A stretch of DNA of 30,743 bases from an uncultured Pirellulales bacterium (GTDB lineage Bacteria > Planctomycetota > Phycisphaerae > Sedimentisphaerales > Anaerobacaceae): assembly GCA_964539795.1 (NCBI GenBank), contig CAZIKS010000006.1, forward strand, positions 9,738-40,480. Direction: 5' to 3'. Position numbers and translations under genes: made by a program. Numbering within the stretch: the stretch's first letter is position 1; every line of letters begins with the position of its first letter. Under the pieces are notes generated by a model. The model saw nothing but the letters and a program-made list of their open reading frames with translations, searched no databases and was not told the DNA's origin. Shown here piece by piece: positions 19,156-27,245 of this stretch.

Positions 19156-19267
19156 TTTGTTCCTCTCGAAAATTGACTCTGCATTCGGTTCGTCTTTATT
19201 ATATTTGAAATTTTCCAAATAACCCTGTATATCCTTTCTTAACTAACCTGCTAAGCCTCTTTCCCAA

Positions 19268-19435
19268 TAGAATATCAAGTCTGTCTTGAAATGCAACCTT
19301 TCTTATCGACTCTGTGTGATGCCCTTACGGCTGTAATTAGTAAGGAAAATTCATACAACCAAAATACAACCCAAACCCCAAATAGCTCATAAAATCGCAA
19401 AAATGATGAACGTTTGGAACTTCCGATTGCTACTC
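19268..19435 (+). repeat. Intergenic repeat-family copy R7 (full length), upstream of the DUF2207 gene
   Basis: The modules are aatatcaagtctgtcttgaaatgcaacctttcttatcga, ggctgtaattagtaaggaaaattcatacaaccaaaatacaacccaaacccc, aaatagctcataaaatcgcaaaaatgatgaacgtttggaacttccgattgct. Confidence 0.75.
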
Positions 19436-19572
19436 TGGCCACGAGCGGATGAAATGTCCTATGCCGCAGACCTTGTGGTGGTAATGAGTAAAACCAAATT
19501 ACATATGGTTTTTTTAACGCTACAGTAATGATTTTGTATCAAATGGAGAATAATAGAAGTAAAAAAATGGAC

Positions 19573-20742
19573 TCATTTGGTTGACTTGAATTTTGCAGAA
19601 ATGAACTTGAACAGCGCCTGGTCCTGAGGGCTTGGTGGTTTCGTCCGAAGTTGCTGAACATGGCGGCCAATTCGATATGCGCCGGTCAATCGCCACTTGT
19701 TCAATGTTGGAGGCAGCGAAAAGGCTAAAAAGAAAATCAGGAAAAAACATATTTCAAAATTCCACTCTGTGACAACGCCATAATAGTCAAGGACAAATGG
19801 CAGCAGTATTCCAGCCAGTAAGATGCAAATCGGTGCAATGAAAATTTTGTCATATCCGGGAATTATCAAACGGCCTGTAAAAATACGACCCATTAGGCTG
19901 ATAGGTGGATGATTGATACCGCCATAAACAACAATTCTCCAAAATGCCACAAGGACAGCTAAAGGCACGAGTAGGGCAGGTTGATAAGGTTCACTAATAA
20001 CCCAGCGGATAACGTGAAGCCACCACGTCAACAGCAGGCTAAATAGAAATGCTCCAAAATAGGACATATGAGTATCATCATAAGTTTTGAGGAATTTGAA
20101 AGGCCATCCGAGTTGTTCTATGGCCTTTTTTCGGAATTCTTTGACAGCGTCGATACTCCAGTATCGAGTATTCCAGGGGAACTCTTTTAAAAAACAGTGG
20201 AAACCGGCATAACACAAGAAATATAGAAAAATAAGCGCCAATATCGCAACATACAGGTTTGCAAATGGATAAAACACAAGGGGAGCAAGAAAAGGCAAAA
20301 GGACAATAAAAATGATCTGCTCTGCTTGGAATGTGAAAAAAATCATCACAAGGTAAACAATTAAAAAGGCAACAGCCGGTACAGGTGCTAAATGCGGTAT
20401 GTTGGAGTAGGCAAGAAGTGTCAATACCGCCAGTATGGCCAGATCTACCCATATAAGATGGACAGGGCCCTGTGGTAGCGGATTCTTTATTGACCAGGGG
20501 CTTAAGCAAAGCCATTGCCAATACTTACTGTTGTAGAATGGATGAAAAAAACGAACTCGATAGAAACCGTATAAGCCCGAAGCCAGAGCCAATATCAGTA
20601 TTCTGATTTTGAGTATTTCTTCAGGGATTTCAATACCCAGGCGGATAAGATAAAGGTCCATAAGGTATGTAAGCAGATAGAATGTGCTCAGTATAGCTGT
20701 AATATGTAGTGGTGGCAGGACCTGACGCCATTGTCTGTTCAT
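19573..20742 (-). CDS. Polytopic membrane protein (about 10 TM, 389 aa) of unknown family. It is translationally coupled (ATGA overlap) to the upstream ABC ATPase, so it is the putative permease/transmembrane partner.
   Basis: Hydrophobic helices run throughout and no recognisable ABC-2 or FtsX motif was seen. There is a 4-bp overlap with the ABC ATPase stop at 20739-20742. Confidence 0.7.
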   Translation of the reverse strand: MNRQWRQVLPPLHITAILSTFYLLTYLMDLYLIRLGIEIPEEILKIRILILALASGLYGFYRVRFFHPFYNSKYWQWLCLSPWSIKNPLPQGPVHLIWVDLAILAVLTLLAYSNIPHLAPVPAVAFLIVYLVMIFFTFQAEQIIFIVLLPFLAPLVFYPFANLYVAILALIFLYFLCYAGFHCFLKEFPWNTRYWSIDAVKEFRKKAIEQLGWPFKFLKTYDDTHMSYFGAFLFSLLLTWWLHVIRWVISEPYQPALLVPLAVLVAFWRIVVYGGINHPPISLMGRIFTGRLIIPGYDKIFIAPICILLAGILLPFVLDYYGVVTEWNFEICFFLIFFLAFSLPPTLNKWRLTGAYRIGRHVQQLRTKPPSPQDQALFKFISAKFKSTK

Positions 20743-21518
20743 GACTTCCTCCCATGAAGGTAGTTTTCGATATTGTCAAACACCTCAGGATGAATCAGTT
20801 TTTCAAGTACATCAGGTAGCCCCCCGCTGCAGCCTGCAACTTTTCGCAGGCCTTCTGCACTATCGTAAGCTAATATTTTACCCTGAGTTATTACAGCTAT
20901 CTTGTGTGCAAGCGATTCAACTAACTCTGGCACGGGCACAGCCATAACCACGGTGACATCTTTACGGTCGGCCAGACGTTTGAGCACCTGGCTCAAAGCC
21001 ATCAGCGCAGAGGAGTCAAGGCCCCCGGAAAACGGTTCATCAAGGATGAGAATGGAAGCTTCGCTCACCAGGGCCGAACATATACCGATTTTTTTTCTTT
21101 GCCCGGTCGAATAGGAATGAATGGGTGAATCGGCATTTTCGTGTAAATCGAATAGTTTCAAAAGCTGTTCGGCATGGTCCATCAAACGCTCTTCTTCAAC
21201 CTCGTAAACTCTACCCACAGCCAGTAAAAACTCACGGCCTGTGTTGTATAACGGCAGGTAAGGATTGTCTGGAAGGTAGAGAACTTTTTTGCGAATCTCG
21301 ATTTCCTCTTCGATACTGTTGCGGCGTCGATGGCCGTCGATTTCCACGTATCCCTTAATGGGCCACAGAACGCCGCCCATAAGACCGAGCAGGGTGCTTT
21401 TACCCATACCATTAGGCCCCATTATGGCAATTAATTCACCTGCTTCTACCGTCAAAGAAACATCTCTAAGAATCGGCTTGATACCATAATGGTGCCACAC
21501 ATTAACCACGTTTATCAT
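20739..21518 (-). CDS. ABC transporter ATP-binding protein (single NBD, no fused TMD)
   Basis: It has Walker A GPNGMGKST, the Q-loop, the ABC signature YSTGQRKK, Walker B ILILDEP and an H-loop. Confidence 0.92.
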   Translation of the reverse strand: MINVVNVWHHYGIKPILRDVSLTVEAGELIAIMGPNGMGKSTLLGLMGGVLWPIKGYVEIDGHRRRNSIEEEIEIRKKVLYLPDNPYLPLYNTGREFLLAVGRVYEVEEERLMDHAEQLLKLFDLHENADSPIHSYSTGQRKKIGICSALVSEASILILDEPFSGGLDSSALMALSQVLKRLADRKDVTVVMAVPVPELVESLAHKIAVITQGKILAYDSAEGLRKVAGCSGGLPDVLEKLIHPEVFDNIENYLHGRKS

Positions 21519-21643
21519 ATTTGCGTTCCCTTAAAATTTCCGCAGCTTTTTTTTCATAATCAACATTTTCTATGTCAAACAGTTATGAAAAGGCATTATA
21601 TGTCCCGTTCTGCAACTTTATTCATTTGCAAACCGGCTGGAAA

Positions 21644-23104
21644 TTATTCTTTTTTGTTAGAAGCATTTCCCGTTTTTGCCGGCTTATCAGAGGATTTACT
21701 TCGCTCTGAAACTGTAACAGCAGCTTTATCATCCGGCATGTCACTAATTTCCTGTAGTCTCTTTGCTAAGTCGATTCCGGTAGCAGCTTTCATCTGTTCC
21801 AGAAACTTTACAAGAGCTCCAGGGGCGGCGGTCATAAGTCGGTTTACTGCACTGTCACCATCCCCGCCTCCACTGTCGATAGCAACAACATTGTCAAACT
21901 TAACCTGGCCGATAGATTTGGCTCCTGCATCAGCAACTGTTTTGATAGCCTCTAAAGCGAGATTAAGTTGTGCTGCTTTTCCATAGGCATTCCAGGCTTC
22001 AGCTTTCTTCCGCAAGCCTTCAGCCTCAGCTTCGAGTTGTAATTGAGTGCCTTTGGCTCTTGCTTCGGCTACTTTCAAAATAGCCTGACTTTCACCTTCG
22101 GCTTTAAGAATAGCCGATTGTTTCTCTGCATCAGCAGGCACAACAACTTCCGCCCGGTACTTTTGCTCTTCAGCCTCTGCTTTGGCTGCCTCAACTTTTT
22201 CTCTTGCTCTTTGTTGCTCTTCAAGGACTTTCTGTTCCTGAATAACAACCTCCTGTCTTGCTTTTGCTTCGGCAAGAGGACCTTGTTGTTCGGCTTTCTT
22301 GGTAGCAGCAAGAGTTTCACCATGGTACTGCTGTCTTGCAACATCACGATTTTTTTCCGCTTCTGCGATCTGTTTCTCCTGTTCAGCCCTGACGACTTCG
22401 CCCTCTCTTCTGGCAGTTTCTGATTCCTGCATTGCATCTCTGTCGGCTTCTGCCTGCCCAATTGCCGCATCCCTTTTAACTTCGGCGGTTCTCTTTATTC
22501 CAAGAGCTTCAAGATATCCTCTTTCGTCACGAATATCCTGAATGTTGATGATGTCAATTATCACACCAATTTTGGCTAATTCCTCACCGGCCTGCTCAAG
22601 AACTTTGTTTACAAACATATCTCGCTTTTGGTAAAGCTCCTCAACAGTCAAAACACCGATAATATCACGCAGTTGCCCTTCCAGTGTTTCTTTAATAATC
22701 TGTTGAATTTGTCTGTCGTCTGTTCCAAGAAACCTTTCTACTGCTCTGGCAATCATTCCTTCCTCACCGGATATCTTCACATTTGCAACAGCATCAATAG
22801 TTACAGGAACACCTTCTTTTGAATATGCCTTTTCTACTCTTACATCAGCAAGATTCATTGTCTTAAGGGAAATTCGATTGACTTTTTCCAAAACAGGAAT
22901 TTTGAATTTGGCCCCGCCGACAATAGCTCTCCATCCCCTGACAATAACAGTTCCATCTTTGGTTTTTACCTTGTTTTTTCTTCCTGTGAAAATCAACGCC
23001 TCGTTTGGTTCTGCTTTCAACCAGTTATTTGCGAGAATCAGCACAATCGAAATTCCCGAAACAACCAGAACGGCAATAACAATTATCAAACCTAAACTCT
23101 CCAT
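21644..23104 (-). CDS. Flotillin-like SPFH/band-7 protein (YqiK/FloA-type). It has an N-terminal TM anchor, an SPFH domain, and a long Ala/Glu/Lys/Gln-rich coiled-coil region.
   Basis: The N-terminal TM is LGLIIVIAVLVVSGISIVLILA. The SPFH core and the EA-rich flotillin repeats (AEAEKNRDVARQQ..., EAAKAEAEEQKYRAE...) are present. Confidence 0.9.
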   Translation of the reverse strand: MESLGLIIVIAVLVVSGISIVLILANNWLKAEPNEALIFTGRKNKVKTKDGTVIVRGWRAIVGGAKFKIPVLEKVNRISLKTMNLADVRVEKAYSKEGVPVTIDAVANVKISGEEGMIARAVERFLGTDDRQIQQIIKETLEGQLRDIIGVLTVEELYQKRDMFVNKVLEQAGEELAKIGVIIDIINIQDIRDERGYLEALGIKRTAEVKRDAAIGQAEADRDAMQESETARREGEVVRAEQEKQIAEAEKNRDVARQQYHGETLAATKKAEQQGPLAEAKARQEVVIQEQKVLEEQQRAREKVEAAKAEAEEQKYRAEVVVPADAEKQSAILKAEGESQAILKVAEARAKGTQLQLEAEAEGLRKKAEAWNAYGKAAQLNLALEAIKTVADAGAKSIGQVKFDNVVAIDSGGGDGDSAVNRLMTAAPGALVKFLEQMKAATGIDLAKRLQEISDMPDDKAAVTVSERSKSSDKPAKTGNASNKKE

Positions 23105-23165
23105 AATAATTCTCCTTTACTTAAAATTATATTAGTGTTTTTATTGCTAGCTTACAAAATGACTT

Positions 23166-23726
23166 CTACTCCACAACTGCCGTTTTTCCCGCAACCGACT
23201 TTATTTTGACAAACTCTCCTCTTTTGTATTCTCTCTCGGGATCAGCCGCTCTTGCATTGAAGTAAGTACTTTGACCTGTTTGTTCGTTGGTTGCTTCTAT
23301 TTCGCCGGTACCTCCGTCTTTTGGTATTGGAACAACCACTCTGCCCTGTTTCCCGACAAATGAGGCCAGCCTAATCTGGCTTGTTGATTGTTGTTTGTAC
23401 AGAAGCTTAAGCAGATTATAACCGAGAAACCAGGCTGTTCCTCCACCGACCAGACCACAAATAACATGATGGAGGGGCCACTTAAAATAAAAAGACAAAT
23501 ATCCGCCTGCGCCAAAACCAACCAGGAAAAATAATATCAGTTTTAAACTTAATATACCGGGCTCTCCGAAATCGCCTGCACCTGCGTCTACATCCAAATC
23601 CGCATCAATATCCATATCGACATCTGCGTCAACATCTGTATCTGCGCCGAACACCGCCATTAATACCAGAAGCAGGCCGGGTATAATGGCCAGCAGACCA
23701 TAAATTAATAATACACTCATAATCAA
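23166..23726 (-). CDS. NfeD-like (YqiJ-type) membrane protein with a C-terminal OB-fold. It is the partner of the adjacent flotillin.
   Basis: It has two TM segments, an acidic D-rich loop (DTDVDADVDMDIDADLDVDAG), and a C-terminal beta-rich domain (GKQGRVVVPIPKDGGTGEIEA...GEFVKIKSVAGKTAVV). It is positioned immediately upstream of the flotillin gene, as in yqiJK operons. Confidence 0.75.
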   Translation of the reverse strand: MIMSVLLIYGLLAIIPGLLLVLMAVFGADTDVDADVDMDIDADLDVDAGAGDFGEPGILSLKLILFFLVGFGAGGYLSFYFKWPLHHVICGLVGGGTAWFLGYNLLKLLYKQQSTSQIRLASFVGKQGRVVVPIPKDGGTGEIEATNEQTGQSTYFNARAADPEREYKRGEFVKIKSVAGKTAVVE

Positions 23727-23767
23727 TCTCCTTTCTGAGTATTGCCTGTTTTTCTAAATCGAAATTT

Positions 23768-23808
23768 CAAATCGCAACGCCTGCAAAAAACACGAACTCC
23801 GAATCCAC
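23768..23808 (+). repeat. Isolated copy of the repeat core motif, lying between ybjQ and the nfeD-like gene inside the cluster
   Basis: aaatcgcaacgcctgcaaaaaacacgaactccgaatcc aligns to the core aatcgcaaaaatgacgaacgttttgaacttccgattgc. Confidence 0.45.
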
Positions 23809-23809
23809 G

Positions 23810-24124
23810 TTACTCCACTACGACCGCTGTGCCGTAGGCTAAAATTTCCGATGCGCTCTGCATAACCATTGATGTGGCAAATTTCATACCCACAACCGCA
23901 TTTGCACCGAGCTTTTGTGCCTCTTCTATCATTCGGTCGATTGCCTGTTCCCGGGATTCGGCCATCATCTTCGTATAATCGCTTATCTCTCCTCCAACCA
24001 GGTTTCTAAGGCCCGCCATAATGTCTCTTCCGATATGCCTGGCACGAATCGTATTACCTCGAACAAGCCCCAGATGCTTTATAATTTTTCTCCCCTCGAT
24101 ATCTCCAGTCGTCGATAGCAGCAT
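23810..24124 (-). CDS. ybjQ: YbjQ/UPF0145 family protein (putative heavy-metal-binding domain)
   Basis: Collinear with E. coli YbjQ in MLLSTTGDIEGRKII..., RNLVGGE and LGANAVVGMKF...YGTAVV. It starts 4 nt after the anti-sigma stop. Confidence 0.85.
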   Translation of the reverse strand: MLLSTTGDIEGRKIIKHLGLVRGNTIRARHIGRDIMAGLRNLVGGEISDYTKMMAESREQAIDRMIEEAQKLGANAVVGMKFATSMVMQSASEILAYGTAVVVE

Positions 24125-24128
24125 TTTT

Positions 24129-24575
24129 TTATCTCCTTACATCTTTGTAACGGTCTTTTTTCCAGAAATAAAGTCTTTCCCGCAATACTGACACAAACAA
24201 AATTGCCAATCCCGCTATCAACGCCAAGAGGCCAGCTTTTAATATAATATCGACGGTCGGGTCTTTGATGAGATCTTCTATCGCCTTGAAGCCGCCGTAT
24301 ATCAACAGCAGGATAGCGGATATTGAAAACAAAATCCACCCCACGCCTCGCTCGATACGGTTATACACACCTGACCAGTACAGCCTCCATATCCGATCTT
24401 CGGGCTCAACGAACTTTACTTCGTCAGTGATTCGATTCAGACGCTTAAACTCTTCCAATTCCCCCCTGCATACAGGACAGGATGCCAAATGTTCTTCAAA
24501 AACCTTTTTTTGCTCACAGTCAAGCTCATCGTCCAGATAAGCCATCATCAAATCTACATAATCGGGGCAAGTCAT
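24129..24575 (-). CDS. Membrane-anchored anti-sigma factor with a zf-HC2 motif
   Basis: The N-terminus carries H-x3-C-x2-C (HLASCPVCRGE). A single TM helix (ILFSISAILLLIYGGF...LLALIAGLAILFVSVL) follows. It lies directly downstream of an ECF sigma gene. Confidence 0.8.
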   Translation of the reverse strand: MTCPDYVDLMMAYLDDELDCEQKKVFEEHLASCPVCRGELEEFKRLNRITDEVKFVEPEDRIWRLYWSGVYNRIERGVGWILFSISAILLLIYGGFKAIEDLIKDPTVDIILKAGLLALIAGLAILFVSVLRERLYFWKKDRYKDVRR

Positions 24576-24592
24576 TGCTGCCTACCTCCTTT

Positions 24593-25153
24593 TTATTTGT
24601 CTAAAAGCTCTTTTAGTTTTTTACGTGCATTATATAACCTGCTCATCACAGTGCCTCTCGTGCATAAAAGAATCTGAGCAATCTCTTCGTAAGAAAGGTT
24701 CTGAAAGTGTCGCAATACTATCATCTCGCGATGTTTTTCATTGAGCTGGTCAATCGCTTTCCAAACACGTTCCTCTACCTCATTTCTTTCTGCAACTGCA
24801 TGTGGGTCAAAACAGCTGCCGGCACTGCTCGCAACTTGGACATCGTCAACTTCTTCTAAGTTCTGTTGATGACGCCCGCTCCGCTTTCTCAAGTGACTAA
24901 AACACAGGTTTTTCAGAATCTGATAGAACCAGGGAAAGAATTTTCGTTTTGGATTAAGCTGATTTATCTTGGAATATGCCCTGAAAAAGGCCTCTTGAGA
25001 CAGGTCCAGTGCATCTTCATGATTACCCACAAGCCCGAGCGCAATAAAATATGCCTGTTTCATATATTTTCTGACAATAGCTTCAAATGCTTTTGCAGAC
25101 CCCCTCCGACATTGCTGTATTGCTATAGATTCTTCTTCACAAAAGCAGTTCAA
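24593..25153 (-). CDS. ECF sigma factor (RpoE-like, sigma-70 regions 2 and 4)
   Basis: Region 2 reads DLSQEAFFRAYSKINQLNPKRKFFPWFYQILKNLCFSHLRKR. Region 4 reads REMIVLRHFQNLSYEEIAQILLCTRGTVMSRLYNARKKLKELL. Confidence 0.9.
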   Translation of the reverse strand: MNCFCEEESIAIQQCRRGSAKAFEAIVRKYMKQAYFIALGLVGNHEDALDLSQEAFFRAYSKINQLNPKRKFFPWFYQILKNLCFSHLRKRSGRHQQNLEEVDDVQVASSAGSCFDPHAVAERNEVEERVWKAIDQLNEKHREMIVLRHFQNLSYEEIAQILLCTRGTVMSRLYNARKKLKELLDK

Positions 25154-25434
25154 TTTCTCCGACTCCCGGCCTTGAGTTTAAATTCATTCGACAAAGCCAC
25201 ATTCTTTCATACTTATATACGCTTTATGGCATTACTTTATTCAATGCTAATACCATTTTTTTCCCTAATCGGCAAGGCAAAGTTGGCGATTCTTGACAGG
25301 CCTGAAAATGCAATAATTCATCTGGGAACACGCGAAATTCTGACTTTCCGGTAGCAAAGTGCCAAAAATGATGCTCTGAATGTATTTATTTCCTCCCGTC
25401 TTCTTTATGAAGTCAAAAAGTATTGTGACAAGGG

Positions 25435-25595
25435 GTTTGTAATGTGTGAGCAAAATCCATACAACTGTACTACAGCCAAAACAAAATATATCTCACAAAA
25501 CCGCAAAAATTACAAATCCATAAGACTTGTAATATCAAAGACTTTAAAAACTGCATAAAATGACAAACGTTTTGAACTTCCGTTGGTTGACCACG
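25435..25595 (+). repeat. Intergenic repeat-family copy R8, upstream of the ECF sigma / anti-sigma / flotillin cluster
   Basis: The sequence is cagccaaaacaaaatatatctcacaaaaccgcaaaaattacaaatccataagacttgtaatatcaaagactttaaaaactgcataaaatgacaaacgttttgaacttccgttgg. Confidence 0.75.
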
Positions 25596-25725
25596 CTCTA
25601 AATATACGTATGTCTAAACCATCCGCTTCTTTATCCTTTCCCCTTTGAGGTTGTGATGGTCGAGATTGACACAGTTACATGTTTCTATACTATAGCTCTT
25701 TTTGGCCCTTCAATGGAATCTTCCT

Positions 25726-25790
25726 TATTGTGTCCTGGTGCCGTGATATGTCGTCAGTGTGTAGCTAAATTGTTTTTTTAGCAATGGCGC
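25726..25790 (-). pseudogene. Relic C-terminal fragment of a fourth DUF4139 paralog. It encodes ...APLLKKQFSYTLTTYHGTRTQ* immediately distal to the terminator.
   Basis: The minus-strand translation matches the conserved C-terminal end of the family (..IRKFEYTLTTYHGTRTE / ..FEYSVRTYHGTREE). It also matches at nucleotide level to 25890-25935 (ggtgccgtgatatgtcgt against ggtgccgtggtatgtcgt). There is no upstream ORF. Confidence 0.5.
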
Positions 25791-25793
25791 AGA

Positions 25794-25826
25794 AAAACAA
25801 AAAAAGCCCGCCATAAAGCGGGCTTT
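25794..25826 (-). terminator. Rho-independent terminator for the DUF4139 gene at 25864..27216. The stem is GCCCGC/GCGGGC with loop CATAAA, followed in minus sense by U7.
   Basis: The plus strand reads aaaaaaaGCCCGCcataaaGCGGGCttt. Read on the minus strand it is a hairpin followed by TTTTTTTGTTTTT, about 40 nt after the stop. Confidence 0.7.
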
Positions 25827-25863
25827 AATATTCTGATTTCCTATACCCGGATACTCAACCATG

Positions 25864-27216
25864 CTAATTTCTTCGGGAAGACGTTACCCAGTCTTCCGTT
25901 CTGGTGCCGTGGTATGTCGTTAGCGTATACTCAAACTTTCTAATTGAATTAGGCTCAACCATCAGGGTGAATTTAATCGTATCCAGGTCAACTTTTTCAA
26001 ACTGGCCAAAATCGCCGTTTTTCTCAAGATTCCAATACTGAGTACCAAAGTTTCGCTGAATTTCAACCTTTACAGGAAGCTCACGCGTATTTCTCACCTC
26101 GATACTGAATTTTCGAATCTCATCCCAGCCTGCTATATTCTTTTTATTATTGAATCTGTAGTTTTCCGTCTTGAAGTCCAGAAGCTTGGGTTCAACAACT
26201 ATATCAGCTACCGGGCCAAGGCTTAGCTCTACATCTTCATCTACGGGAATATACTTGAAGCTTGACTGGCCGACATAACCGAGGTGCTGCTCGTTATCGA
26301 CGCCCCTGTAAACTTTTAATATGCCTCCGGGAATGGGTGTATCGCCGAGCTTATGCTCTTCGTCGTTTTTGAAACTTAGAAATCTGATAACGCTCGGCCC
26401 ATATCTTTTTTCTTCATATTTATACAGATTTACTACAGGGACCTCCTCGACATCAAAGCTAATCAGCCGTTTCGACCATCCGTTCGGAATCGTTTCTGTC
26501 CCTTCTATCGTATAAAGGAAATACTCACTCAGACCCTCCTTTTTGATTTCTTTGGGGGCCATATCTGCTTTGTCCATAGCCTTCATCATCTCTTCTCGTA
26601 CCTTAACACCCCTCTTGATAGGTGCTCCAACGAATATTGGCGCTGCTACACCGGGCCTGCCGTATGGGTATTGCCTTCTTGCTAAATCTGCGATTCTGTC
26701 AAGGATATGGACCTTACCGACAATCAGTCTTGTCTGGGCATTTTCATAGTCTTCTCCGCTGTTGTTGGTAACTCTGACATAACCCTGCAGACGCATTGAC
26801 TTTTCATCTTCGGTTAAAGTACCCATGTAAAACGCTCGCCAGGAAAGCCCGCTTGTCAGATACGTAATCTCTACCGGTACTTTACCGCCAAAGCTGCTTT
26901 CAATATTCCACAGGCCCAAGTTTGTCACCCTCGCCGGATAAGTTAATTCCGCGATGTCGATTCTATCTGCGTTTGTTTTGGGCAGCATCTCCAGACTCGT
27001 TGGGTCGATAAGTGTATTCGCCCAGGAAAACTGTAGTTTGTTTTGTCCTTCTTTTAAGGTCAGTGCCCTGCTTTCCCGGGCCAATGTCATGTCTGCAGAG
27101 TTGTAAATAGTAAGCTGAACCGTGTCACGGCTGGGCAGCGTTACTAAATCTATCTTGGCCAAACCGGGCTTGCTTGCCGTGAAAATTATAAGTAAAGCAA
27201 ATATTATGCGTTTCAT
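25864..27216 (-). CDS. Secreted DUF4140/DUF4139 (MuiA-like) family protein, paralog 1
   Basis: A signal peptide is present. The protein is about 60% identical over the periplasmic domain to the C-terminal part of the fused anti-sigma at 28403..30280, for example LVTLPSRDTVQLTIYNSADMTLARESRALTLKEGQNKLQFSWANTLIDPTSL against VTLPRRDNVQITIYNSADLTLVREKRNLTLKKGWNWLQFMWANTLIDPTSL. The C-terminus is YTLTTYHGTRTE. Confidence 0.8.
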   Translation of the reverse strand: MKRIIFALLIIFTASKPGLAKIDLVTLPSRDTVQLTIYNSADMTLARESRALTLKEGQNKLQFSWANTLIDPTSLEMLPKTNADRIDIAELTYPARVTNLGLWNIESSFGGKVPVEITYLTSGLSWRAFYMGTLTEDEKSMRLQGYVRVTNNSGEDYENAQTRLIVGKVHILDRIADLARRQYPYGRPGVAAPIFVGAPIKRGVKVREEMMKAMDKADMAPKEIKKEGLSEYFLYTIEGTETIPNGWSKRLISFDVEEVPVVNLYKYEEKRYGPSVIRFLSFKNDEEHKLGDTPIPGGILKVYRGVDNEQHLGYVGQSSFKYIPVDEDVELSLGPVADIVVEPKLLDFKTENYRFNNKKNIAGWDEIRKFSIEVRNTRELPVKVEIQRNFGTQYWNLEKNGDFGQFEKVDLDTIKFTLMVEPNSIRKFEYTLTTYHGTRTEDWVTSSRRN

Positions 27217-27245
27217 TTTGGTTCTCCTTTGATTAGAGATTTTGA

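Noticed and set aside
21519-21643. A possible sigma70-like promoter (TTGACA...) in the gap upstream of the ABC ATPase
   Set aside because: The -10 spacing does not fit, and promoter consensus for this lineage is unknown.
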